From contig NC_057718.1 of the NCBI RefSeq assembly GCF_004010195.1, positions 98,366,518 through 98,430,517 on the forward strand: a stretch of 64,000 bases of DNA, written 5' to 3'. The notes beneath the pieces were generated by a model that saw only the letters and a program-made list of their open reading frames with translations, made no database searches and was not told where the DNA came from. Below are positions 35,891 to 49,542 of the stretch, one piece after another (within the stretch, counting starts at the first letter, position 1; the number at the start of each line of letters is the position of its first letter). This DNA is from Chiloscyllium plagiosum (Eukaryota). A program made the translations under genes and the position numbers.

Positions 35891-38800
35891 AACCCTGATC
35901 TTCTGTCCCAGCTGAGATATATTCTACTCCTTGCGTTGAACTGTCGGCTCCTTCCCCTCTCTGTTCCTTAAATTTCTGCTTCTGTTTTAGCTGGGAGGAC
36001 ATTTCCCCCAATGTCTGTGTGGTAAGACTCAATACCTGATCACAGCTATGAATCCATTGTCTTCAAAATACTGTTTTAGATTTAGTTTAATGTCAATTAA
36101 AAAAATAAAACATATTTTTAAGTTAAAGAAAAAAACAGATGGGGAAAAATTGAATCATAAGTTAAAATTTACTTTATTATTTTGTTACACAATGAAATAA
36201 ACAATTATAACAGCAACTTGCCCCCATAAGGCGGGCTATAAAAACTGTTCCATTTTTGTTTGAGCATTTTCAATTAGCTCTTGTGTGAATGTGGCCTACT
36301 CTCATAATTAATTCAGAAGCATTTTTGGTTTGCTCCTCTAGGTAAAAACGCTTAAATTACAATCTTAGGTAAGTCAGATTTCTTCCAGGTAGTTGAAACG
36401 TTTCTGTGAGGAATTAGCATATGAGGAATACAATTAGGACACAATTAGTACTTTAACTAGATAAGTATATCAGCTTTTGCCTCAGTTTGAAAAGTGTATG
36501 TTTTTTTTAAACACTGAGGGTGCATAGCACCTTGTCAATTTTATTCTTTATCAATGTTATGATCTTAAGCCACGATCACTATTGTTCTACCAATCTTATG
36601 AGATTTGTATTAGTAACCGATATCTTTTAGTAGATTCACAATTTTATTGATGTTACAGCTATCTTTGATAAAGAGGGCAACTTTATTTTTAAAAAGTAGA
36701 TAAAGCACATTATTAAAAATAAACATGATTGGTGGATGTAACAAAGATGAATGACTGCATATTCTTCCCACAACTAATTCTGAAAACAAATGTTTGCTGA
36801 ATAATTTTCTTTATTTTAAGCTTTTTTAAAAAAAGAAATCTTACTTTTCATTTCACCTTGATCAGTAGCCAAAAGTAACTAATGTTGTCATTAACTCAGC
36901 TGCTTGTCTACCCTGTGATAATAGTGGATCACAGAATGAGATTAAATTCCCCAAGTACTACCCATTCTATCATTTTGTGATACTACAGATTCTTTTCATA
37001 ATGTTTATGCTGGAGTAGAATGCTCCCTAGAATAAATTTGTTCTGTTGCTTAAGAGAGGCCCATACATTCTTATGGATAACCTTTTTTTGGAGCATTAGG
37101 AATCCTTAGGTTAGTACTCTGCTGGGATAAATAGTTCATCATTGCTTTCTGATGACATGATATTTGTACCTACAACTATATTTTGCATGAGATTCCTGAA
37201 GGTGGAGAGATATGGTTTATAGTGGTTATACTCAGGAGTGGTGATTTGAAGACAGTGCCTTGTTTTATTAACAGATCTACCCATCAACTCATCCATAAAT
37301 ATCTCCTACAGATATTACTATGCTCCTGCTTTGGCATCCTTGAGACAAGGCAGTGGTTCAAACACACTTTTTTTTGGAATATGTATTCTGCACTCAACCT
37401 TGTTCTTAACATCTCTGCACAAACATTGCAGGAACAGATTGGAGGGCTCAGAAGGTAAATTGAGCATTGGAGCAGATTATCTGACAGCAATCTAACATGG
37501 TTCAATGAGTAACAGATATCACAATATTATATTTAACCATCTGAGGGGAAAATACAGGTTAAGATTTTGAGATTGCCTGTTTCATCCTCTTTTTCATGTT
37601 ACTCTGCAAAATGAAGCCAAAAGCAATACCAATACCTTTTAAATATTTCTTGCCACCTCCCCTTGACTTGTAAATTATTTACTTACTTACTTTTACTTAC
37701 ACTCAAATGCACTTTAGAATCATGCATTCTAAGTAACAGCAGCTCCAATCCCTTACTGAAAATTAGTCCCCTGAAGTCACAAGAGTGTTTTGAATCGTGC
37801 ACCATCTCTGAACAACATAATTCAGCCAGAGCTCAATGAATTGAATTGAATTGAAGCAGCTTTATTGTCACATGTACTCAAATAAAAAGTTGTTGTCACC
37901 ACATAAGGCACTATCTTCGGTACACAGGTATGGATTTTTAAGTGCAAATTTGTTCAGGAAAAAAAGAGAAAAATAAAGAAATAAAAAGCCCTACACTTCA
38001 TATCCTCGGAATAAATGAGGAACAGAGAGAAGCAAACAGTCCAGAGTATTGTGCTGGAAAATCACAGCAGGTCAGGCAGCATCCAAGGAGCAGGAAATCA
38101 ACGTCTTGCGCAATAGCATCCTGATGAAAGGCTCTTGCCTGAGATATTGATTCTCCTGCTCCTTGGATGCTGCCTGACTTGCTGTGCTTTTACAGCACCA
38201 CACTCTCGACTCTGATGTCCAACATCTGCAGTTCTCACTTTCTCTAGGTAAACAGTCCAACCCAGTCCAAACTGGCACCCAGTCTCCAGCAACTGAAAGA
38301 GTCCTCCACTGCCTCGTTGTTGCTGGACACATGAACATAGCAGTCACCAGACTTTGCCAGCATCTCTTTGCCATTGGACCCCCATGCTGAACCAACACTG
38401 GAATTGAAACCAGGAGTCCCCGACTCCACAGCCTCCTTGCGATTAACCAGAAGTCCTTGCTCCGGGCCTGCTCCAACGCAACCAGGAGGCTAACCAAATT
38501 ATCCACCTAGGATTGAGACATCTCTGCTGGATCAGTCAGACATTGGAAAACAAATCCTTCAAACTAGAAGCCATTACAGCACTTACAGAATTGACAGAAT
38601 CTATAGGAAGCAAAGGACAGATTAATAATTTCCAGAGTCATTGCTCGTGTTGTACTGAGGACAGTTGTGCTACTTCAGTTGTGACAAAGAGCCTGGGTAA
38701 TGGAGGGGCAATAGAATTAGGTGGAGCTGGGGGGGTGTGGGGTAGAGTGAATAACTTTAGTCATACCAGTTTGATAATTTGCCTATATGCCAAAATATAA

Positions 38801-40602
38801 TAAGTGTTGAGAAACTCTTTCTGCCCGAATCCAATCAGATGGTCTGTGTAGGTCAAAAATATGTGTAATGAAAACATGGGAATCATCTTTGAAACATCAG
38901 CAACCTTCTTCTAAATGATTGACAGTGAGTCTAGTTGCCCACAAAAAGAACCATGCCTTTCTCCTACATTGCAACCATGAGCACACTTCAGAAGTAATAA
39001 TCGGCTATGAAATGTTTTTAGTCAGCTGTCCGATGCTATACTAGATAGCAGGACAAATTAGTCAGTCCGGCACTTCCTTGAAATTTGCTCACGAGTACAG
39101 AATATCTTATATTCATTGGACTGATGAAAAAAATGTTCTGAGCAAAAGTGGCATTCTAGGCAAAGTAGGGATATAAAACAAAAATGAAATCAGGTGGATA
39201 AAGTCAATAGATAAGGTATTTTCCTTGGGATGGGGAGGGTGGGGGTACAAAACTAGAGGACATAGTTTCAAGGTGAGAGAGGAAAGATTTAAAAGACATC
39301 TAAGGGGCAACTTTTTCACACAGAGGATGGTACATGTATGGAATGAGCTGCCATAGGAAGTGGTGGAGGCTGGTACAATTACAACATTTGAAAGGCATTT
39401 GGATGGGTGCATGAATTGGAGTGTTTAGAGGGATATTGGTGAAATACTGGCAAATGGGACTAGATTTATTCAGGCTCTCCAGTTGGCATGGATGAATTGG
39501 ACCGAAAGGTCTTATTTCCATGTTGTAAAGCTCTGTGACTCTATGAATACATGTTACAATGAGTATTTCTTGTGATATTACCTTGCATCAATTAAACTGG
39601 TCTCGCAATTGTATGCTTCATTCCAACATTTATTTATAAGAACTGGGAGCAGGAGTAGGCAATTCACAACCTGCTCTGCCATTTGATATGATAGTGATTG
39701 ATCTCTTGGCCTCATCACTACTATCTTGCCGACTCCCCATAAACCTTTTAGCTCATAACCAATTAAAACTCTATTGCCTTCTTTAATTTACTAAATGACC
39801 CAGTATCCACCGCACACTGAGTGAATGAATACCACAGATTCATGAGCCTTTGAGAGAAGTAATTTCTCCTCATTTTGGTTTTAAATCTGCTATCCCTTTA
39901 TCCCTAAACTGTGGCCCACGTACCTTTGATGTAGCACACTTAATGACAATTTACAGGACTACGAGAAAGCTATAAGTCACATCAGGAGATATTATGGCAA
40001 ATTGGTCAAAGTGGGAAGGTTTAATAAGCATCTTTGCGGAGGGAAGAGTGGTCGACAGGCAGAGATTGAGGAAGGGAATTCCAGAGCTTAGGGCCTGGAG
40101 AGCTGAAGGCATGTCCTCCAAGGATGAAGCAATAAAACTGTAGTATGCTCAAGATGGAAGAACTGGAGAAGTGTAGACACAGTTATCTCAGAGAGTTGGA
40201 AGGCTAGTCAAGATTACAGAGATGGAGAAGTGTGAAGCCATGGAAGGATTAGAAAACGAGGGAGCAAATGTTATATCTAAAAGCATTGCTTAAGCAGATG
40301 CCAGTGTATGTCAGCACATGCGGGGCTGATGTGTGAACAGAACTTGCTGTGAATTTGATTTCATGGACCTTCATAATATTCATTCCTTATTGTTTACTTT
40401 CCTGATAGTGCATTGATTTTCTAGTTAATGGCAAAAGTGACAGGAAGGACAACCAGAACATTTCAACACACTGCAGTAAGCTAACATCTGATCAAAAGAC
40501 TAGTGAGTAACATATATTGTGACAGCAAACTTAAGTATTTTACTATTGGTGTTTTGTGAATGTTGAGACAAAATAAAGGCATTTAATAAATAACCAGGAT
40601 CA

Positions 40603-41619
40603 TTTATTTCCTCTGCAGAGGCACGCACATTTCACTCAACGCAGCAATACAGCTCACTAGGTATCCATCAAACTTTGCATGACTGTTAAAACATGCAACC
40701 ACATTTAACAAACATCACATTTAATTTAATGTTATAAACACTGACAAGTAGACAGCAGCAAAAATATTTTTTAAAAAATGATAAAGTAACATGGTCAAGA
40801 AAAACGGTGTTAATTTATCAAAATGAACAAGTTCTTTAGTGTTCAGTATAGTGCCTTAAGTCAGAAACAAAATGTTTCAGTACATAAATTTGGAACAAGT
40901 TTGTTAATATCTGCAACTCAAACCATTTGCTCCTACAAAGTGACTAACCCCCACCCATGTAAAGGTCTTGTTAATTTCCCTGAAAAATTCTTAATACTGA
41001 TTGCTATCACAACAGTTACTTCACCACAAAACACTGTTAGTTTATCAGAAAAAAAATGTAGGTAAGATACAAATCCAATCCAAAATACATTGCACATCTA
41101 AGTGTGGAAAAAGTGCTCACCAAAGGAAAAAAATGTCACTATTTTATAGAAATACAAATTCCACACAATTCACCGAGCAGGACCCTGCGGGAAAGTTCTG
41201 AATGTGCTGAAATCTGTTACAATGTCAGAGTCTTTAAAGCTGATATGAATTCCATTCCCTGTACATTTTGAAAGACATACAAACTGACTCCTGAGGAAAC
41301 TAAGTTCCAGAAGGTACTGCTTGAAGTCACCAGCCAAGTCACATCACGAGAACACAACTCCTGACTGCCTGATTGATTATACTGCGGCACTGTGCACCTG
41401 AATTGGTAAACCAGCAGCTCAGGGAACGGGAGGACTACACGTCATTGATTCCTTTATTTTGCTTTGTATATCTCTGACCAACAGTTTCAAGAACGATCAT
41501 AATCTGTTATCATTGTAATATCCTTCAATCTTCTTCATTCACATTTTCTGGTGCTATTAACTAATCTTTAATTCTCATTTCATTGCCGTGTGAGGAGGTG
41601 CAGCTGAATTCCTCTCCCT
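40603..41619 (-). other. PAK5: Probable PAK5 3'UTR with polyA signal
   Basis: Repeat-free AT-rich kilobase after the stop. tttatt at 40603-40608 reads AATAAA on the minus strand. Confidence 0.55.
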
Positions 41620-41775
<156 letters not shown>

Positions 41776-44293
41776 CTAAAACAGACCAGGAAAAAAAAAA
41801 GTGTCAAATGTAGAATTTTCTCAGTTACTTTGACTCAAACACATTTAACTTGCTCAGATTTAAAATTAATTTAATTTTTAATATTTACTTTTATTCATAA
41901 ATGCCACAATTTTATTATTTCATTGTACAAAGATTAGAAATAAAAAAACTATCCTCTTTCATCTAATACATCCATGTACAAATTTTATTACAGTTGGCTA
42001 TGCCATAACATATTTCTTCAATGTGAATTGGCTTTAATGCGATTGAAGAATTTACATAGTTTTTTGAAGAATACAAACTTTCCTTACCTATAACACGATT
42101 TCGGCCCCCTTCGTTTAAATGACGCGATTATTGCGTGATTTTCTTAACGTGAGATCACACATGCATGGTAGAATAATATATTGGGGCATCGTGTGGCATA
42201 ATTCGGGACTAACACGTTATATCAGAACCGTCTGTATTTATATACCAGTGATGCACACTTGTAGTGTTAGGGAATCAACATATTTCACAGGATCATTGAA
42301 TTGTTACAGAATAGGAGACAGTTCTCTAAATAATGATTCACCTCGCCATTCCCCTATCTCTACTAGTTAACACTGAACATTGTCCATTTTCATAGCAGAG
42401 TCAAATTCTCTTTTGAATGCCTTGATTGAACTAGGCAGTGAATTCTGGAACTTAGCCATTTATGATGTGATAAAGGTTTAATTTCCCCATATAACTTTTG
42501 TTTCTTTTCCAACTTCATATCTGAGCCCAAGTGAGAATATTTTCTCCCTACTTACTCTACTCAGACCCCTTAGGACTTTGAATACCTCTATCAAATCTCC
42601 TCTTAGCCTTCTCGTCAGGGAAGCAGTCCTAACATTGATTTTGAAAAAAAGATATTCGCAATATCGAAGAGATAGATGCCTTCAAGTGTGTAACTCGTAA
42701 CAAAATATATGTACTTTTATTGTTGAATATTAATGTTAAAATGCCAGAGGCATTATTCATAACAGGTTGACAGGTATATTGATTTATAAGGGCATTATGC
42801 CACACCATGTGCCAATGTAGTATTCTGACATGCATGTGCATTAGGGTCTGTTTTGGTGCTCTCCTTTAATGCCAGTGCAATAATTGTGGTCTTCTCAGCT
42901 TAAGGTGCTGACTAGTATTAGCAGGCATGTGGATGATTCAAAGCATGATTAACTTCCCTTTAATTTTTTTAAAAATCTAATGCGATATGGAAATTTGTAA
43001 TGACTGATTATGACCTGTACACTTGCCTGTTAGCTGAATTTGTTTTAAAAAAGATAATACCCAAAACATCTGTAGAGTTCTTATAGTAAATGAAAACTTT
43101 TCAATGACAGGAGTGATATTCCATGAAATGCAAACTGCTTTATGATAGCAAGGGCAAGTATTTCACTTCAGTGAATCATCATGCAAATTGAATTTCCAAC
43201 AACCTGGATCACAAGAGAAATAGCTTTTTAAAAACACAATACAAATTTATTATAGCAGGGTTAGCGAGGGGAAATATTGGCTGGAATGAGGGGAAGCGTG
43301 TTAATCCCCTGCTAATTTGCCTTCAGATAATAATCTTTCTTTTCTGCACTTTTCTCTCTCATGGATTCTCTCTGGTTTGCTGTATGTCTGCAGTATTTAT
43401 CTTCTCTGTATACGTGAGTCTCTTGTTTGATTAGCATTGTCTACCGATGGCGAGAGAAGCAAACAAAAAACATCCAGCCTATGGAAATAGTGCTCTTATC
43501 AAAACACACCTTTGTAAAATATTTAAAAGCTCAGATTTTGTTTCAGAGTCTGTGGGTTACAATCCACAGCCTTTCCTTCTTCAGGTGTTAAACCTGCATT
43601 GCAGATTTTTGGCAGGGACTATAATCGATGCATACTAAAACTGTCCAACACAGTGAAAATACTCAGACTGCCACACACTGGAAATTAGACATAGAATTGC
43701 TTGCTGAATTCTAGGTAAGGTAAATCTCTTCATCTCCCTTTGATGGTTTTGACAAAGCCATTAACTTCACATTCTCAGCCTTTCCGAGAGGCTGAGATAT
43801 CTAATGATAAATAATTAAACATAGAAAATGAATTCGGATATACAAGTTTAATTATCTTCTTGTAAGTTTTGTACATTTCTATTGACCATATCTGCAGAAA
43901 TAAGTGCTGAGGCTAGTAGAGAATGCAAGCTGGCAATCAACATTTTTTTGTTCTTTCATGGGATGCGGGCATTCAGTGGCTCAGGAAACATTTACTCCCC
44001 ATCCCTCAGTGCTCTTGAGTGGTGGCAAGTTCCCATTTTACAACTGCTGCAGTCTATTTGGTGTTGGTACTTTACATGGTCCTAATACTAAGGGAGTTCC
44101 AGGTTTTTGAACCAGTAACAGTAAAGGACAGAGATGTAGGTCCACATCACAATGGTGTGTAGATTACAGGAGAACTTGCAGGGGGGGTAGTGTCCCCATA
44201 CATCAGCTACTCTTGTCCTTCAAGGTGGGAGAGGTGATAGATGATTGGAGGTTGGTGAGTTGCTGTAGTGCATCTTGTAGGTAGCACACATTA

Positions 44294-44580
44294 TTAGATT
44301 AGGTTAGATTACTTACAGTGTGGAAACAGGCCCTTCGGCCCAACAAGTCCACACCGACCCGCCAAAGCGCAACCCACCCATACCCCTTACCTAACACTAC
44401 GGGCAATTTCGCACGGCCAATTCACCTGACCTGCACATCTTTGGACTGTGGGAGGAAACCGGAGCACCCGGAGGAAACCCACGTAGACACGGGGAGAATG
44501 TGCAAACTCCACACAGTCGCCTGAGGTGGAATTGAACCCAGGTCTCTGGCGCTGTGAGACAGCAGTGCTAACCACTGTCA
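44294..44580 (-). mobile_element. HE1-type V-SINE inserted in an older LINE fragment
   Basis: Reverse complement of the same head, V-domain and tail. Confidence 0.85.
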
Positions 44581-46567
44581 TGGTGCATTGATGGTGGAGG
44601 GAATGAACGTTTAATGTAGTGGACTAGGTGACAAGCAGCCCTGGATAGTGTAGAATTACTTCAGTGCTGTTGAAGCCACCTCTATTCAGGTAAGCAAGGA
44701 GTATTCCATCACACACCTGACTTGTGTTTTGTCAATAGCAGACAGGTTTTGGGGAATCTGGAGGTGAGTTACTCACCAGAATTCCTACATTCTGACCTGT
44801 TCCTATAGTTTTTATTTGATTGATTCTACTTTATTTCTTTCATTTGATCATTCCTAATTGGAGAGTTGTCTGATATATGTGGCTATTAAGACCATGTTAA
44901 CCTGCATAAAAATCTAAAAATAAAGTTAAATATTTGCATTTTTGCCTAGGGACAAGACTGACTTCTGGTTAAAGCAGATGATAAGCAGATGATGCAAATT
45001 TAAGTACAGAAATCAATTCCACTTCTCAGGTTTCCTGATTAGTGTTACACATTAAGGCTGGGATTTAAATGTTATCATCAATATTAAATCATCCTTCAAC
45101 AAGGAGGTGAAGTATTCACCATTCATAATTCCAATTAAAATTTCTTCTCAGTGTCTCAGTCATGCTACTATTGATAAACTAAATGAAGATCATAATGGAT
45201 GCCCAAATATGAATTATAATTGAAGCATCTTTAGGGTCTCAATCAAAAATAAATATTGATTTTTAATAAAAACATGCAGTGTCATGAAATTTTGACTTTA
45301 AGAAACAGCATCATTTGATGGCGAAGTGGTATTATAGACTTTAGAGATTTATATAGATTATATATAAAGAATCAGTTTTCTTGTCTAATTACAAACAAAA
45401 ATAGAAATTTCTGGAGAAACTCAGCACATCTGAAAGATCTATAGAGAGAAAACAGAATTAATGTTTCATGATGTGTGATCTTTCTTCAGAACTTCTGATA
45501 ATCCTCAACTCCACTTTACTAGTATTTTTCTTCAGACACGTTACGGATAGCATTCCTTAGCAATCATAGGAACAGAAGTAGATCATTTGCCCCTTCAAGA
45601 CAGTTTTGCGATTCAAATAAATCATGGTGGATCTGTACCTTCACTCTATCTGTCTATTTTACTTCCATACTACCCAATTCAATTGGCTAATACAAATTTA
45701 CTAACCTTGGTATTAAAACTTCCAGCTGATTCCCCAGCACCAACATCTTTTAGGTAGGCGATATTTATATGTCTTAGAGACATACAGCACGGAAAGAGAC
45801 CCTTTGGTCCAACCAGTGCATTCTGAACATAATCCCAAACTAAACTAGTCCCACCTGCCTGCCCCTGCCCCACATCCCTCCAAACCTTTCCTATTCATGT
45901 ACCTATCCAAATTCTACCCATATCCACCAACTCCTCAGGAAGTTCAAATATATTTTTGATATCACTCTGATTGATTAAACTCTATTTTTAATGTTTTGCT
46001 TTCTTGTCTGGATATCCCCATCAGCAGTAATAATTACTCTTCCTATCTAGACCACCAATGTGTTTGATCATCATAAATCTCAATTAGCTCATCACTCAAT
46101 CTTATCTATTCAAAGGAATACAAATATACAATTGATCTAATACTTAACCCTTTAGCCCCTACATCATTCTGGTGAATCTGTTGCTGCATTCCCTTAATGT
46201 CTTCCCAAAGTGCAGTGCCCAGATCTGAATGTAAAACGTGTTGTATTTTGCACCATGGTGTCATAGAGGTGTACAGCATGGAAACAAACTCTTCAGTCTG
46301 ACCATGCCAACCAGATATCAAGTTAATCTAGTCCCATTTACCAGCAGTTGCCCCATATCCCTTTAAACCCTTCCTATTCATGTACCGATCCAGATGCCTT
46401 TTAAATGTTGTAATTGTACCAGGTTCCACCACTTCCTCTGGCAGCTCATTCCATATACACACCGCCCTCTGAAAAAGTTGCCTCTTAGGTCTCTTTAATA
46501 TCTTTCCCCTGTCACCATTAACCTATGAACAGAGGATTGCGGTTTTCAGTGGCAAAGCAACAGCAAA

Positions 46568-46905
46568 ATCATAGAATCATAGAATCCCTGCAGTTTGGAA
46601 ACAGGCCCTTCGGCCCAACAAGTCCTCATCGACCCTCTGAAGTGTAACCCATTCAGACCCATTCCCCTACCCTATCACCTCGGCCTAATGCACCTAACCT
46701 ACACATCCCTGAACACTATGGGCATTTTAGCATGGCCAATTCATTTAACCTGCACATCTTTGGATTGGGGGGGGGAACCAGAGCACACACAGGAAACCCA
46801 CGCAGACACGGAGAGAATGTACAAACTCCACACAGACGGTTGCTTAAGGCTGAAATCGAACCCGGGTCCTGAGAGGCTGCAGTGCTAATCACTGAGCCAC
46901 CATGC
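46568..46905 (-). mobile_element. HE1-type V-SINE, near full length
   Basis: (atagaatc)n tail and reverse-complement tRNA-like head ending at about 46905. Confidence 0.85.
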
Positions 46906-48249
46906 CACCCCCACCTTGGTCAGTTCATGGGCTGGCTTTATTTTTCCTCTAAGGTTACCTGCTGAGACCAACGCTCAAAATATATGGAAGCAGCGAACAT
47001 ACGTGGGCATAAAAAGGCATTATTTCTGAAGTAACAATCAGATAAAGGCGAAGGAGAAAGAACAAAAAAAGGCCAGCACAACCTATTGTGACCACAGAAT
47101 TCAGGAAATAATTGGTTAGAGCCCCAACTCTGGTGACTGGCCCATTTCCCTCCTCTGAAAAGTTACATAAAGCCAGTCTGTGTTACGCCACGCCTCACTG
47201 GGATAGCATGTTTGAAAACAAGGCCTGTTCTTCTCAGAACCTCACAAAAGTTAAAAATTTTATCAATGGAAGCAAACATCCCCAATTTACCTATTGGATA
47301 GACCTAGGCTAACAAAACAAAAATCAGGTTCCTGTACCTAACAAAAAAATTTATTTCTTACAAATGTGTAAGTTATAAATACAAGTAAACAGATATGAAC
47401 GATCAACATATGGCTATACTAGTTAAGATTTAACTCCTTTTCATAATTCCTTCATCCACACACACACACACACGTATGAGATAGACACAGATAAACACAC
47501 AAAAAATTTTTTTTTTTAATGGGAGGAGTGAAAAAAAAACTGGTTCAATAACAATTCAATCGCACCAGTCCAGAGAGCTCACTGAGATGAGTCTTTTGGT
47601 TGCCAGCATTTTCTACTTTCAATCTATCATTTCCAGGTTGTTTCACTTCTTCACAGGAGGCACAGGGCAATTGGTACATTAACTGGGAGGAAATAACTGG
47701 CTTTCTACATACTACAGACTTTTACTGCAGTGAACATTGCTTTACACAACCTCTCTCCTCTGGAGATCTGAAAGCTTTGCAGTTCTCATTCACACAAACT
47801 GTTCAGCTACAAATCAGTGTTGTCATCAGGCTGATGATCTTTGGCATCCACAACTGGTCACAAGTCCATAAACTAATCAGCAAACTGTTGGCAGTCGAAT
47901 CTCACGTCGTACATGTGTGCCAGTGTTGAACAGTCTCCTCTTATACCTTTCCCTACTGCTTACAAAGTGACTATGTAAACACGACCCACAACGGGTTTCA
48001 GTAACTTTGCTTTTTAAAAAGTACACCAATCTGTTCCTCAATCTTTTGCTCTAATACAGCACTTTTTTCAATTTAGTTCACAATCAAAAACTGACTAAAA
48101 TAAAAAGATATGATTCTTTTTACAAGTAGAAGTCCTTGTTAACCTTTAAACTGCACCGTTAAAGCTGGCCTGGAATGCAAGTCAGTTTTGGACTCAATAT
48201 ACCTGCCTAAAATTCATTCTGATTAAAATCAGTTCTCACATGTTAGTTA

Positions 48250-48429
<180 letters not shown>

Positions 48430-48573
48430 TTAATGTCATCCATTAAATACATAACAATAATCTAATAAGTTGATCACTGCTGCCGAAGTATTGTAGCAAT
48501 AGTTTGGTTAGAATTAAAAAATTAATGAAATATTGTAAGTTATGCAATTAATGATATCATAATTCTGAAACTA

Positions 48574-48750
<177 letters not shown>

Positions 48751-49338
48751 CTAGAAAAAAGAAAGAATTCTGAAGTCAATTTCCTTTGCAAAACTCTGTT
48801 TACTAACACCCTTTTTTTTTTAGAAAAGTTGAATATGTTAAAACTTTAACTGTTTGGGTTAAAATGGGAGAGGCATTCTGTAGTTTTCTTTATTAAACAT
48901 ACTAACATTCTATTAATTATTGCTGAAAACAGAGGCGTATTGCTGAAGCATTTTTGTCTAGTTTTATCATTACAACTACAAGAGTACCAAATTTCAAACA
49001 ATTACACAATTCATATGCAGTTTCCTACTGACTGGTTGGCGAGTTGATGCTCATTGGTCCAGGATTGCCATGGAGAAAGCACCAGAGAACTATAGGTCTG
49101 CAAACTTCAGAATAATTCACAAGAGCATATTCCTCTGTTTGCAGAGAATGGCTCTCTGCATGAATGTATGTCACTTCTAGGATGTGTTAGTGAGCCTTGT
49201 TATATGTTGAACTTTTTGCTTATTAGTATTAGGTATTGGTGGACTCAAGCTTGTTCAGCCAGTGCTTTCCAATCATGGAATCATATCTATTAATCTCATT
49301 CTATGAATTACTAAGTTACCTTATTATGACATAGGCTA

Positions 49339-49542
<204 letters not shown>

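Noticed and set aside
47087-48124. Possible solo LTR (TG...CA) in the last PAK5 intron
   Set aside because: No target-site duplication, primer-binding site or second copy is visible, so it cannot be supported.
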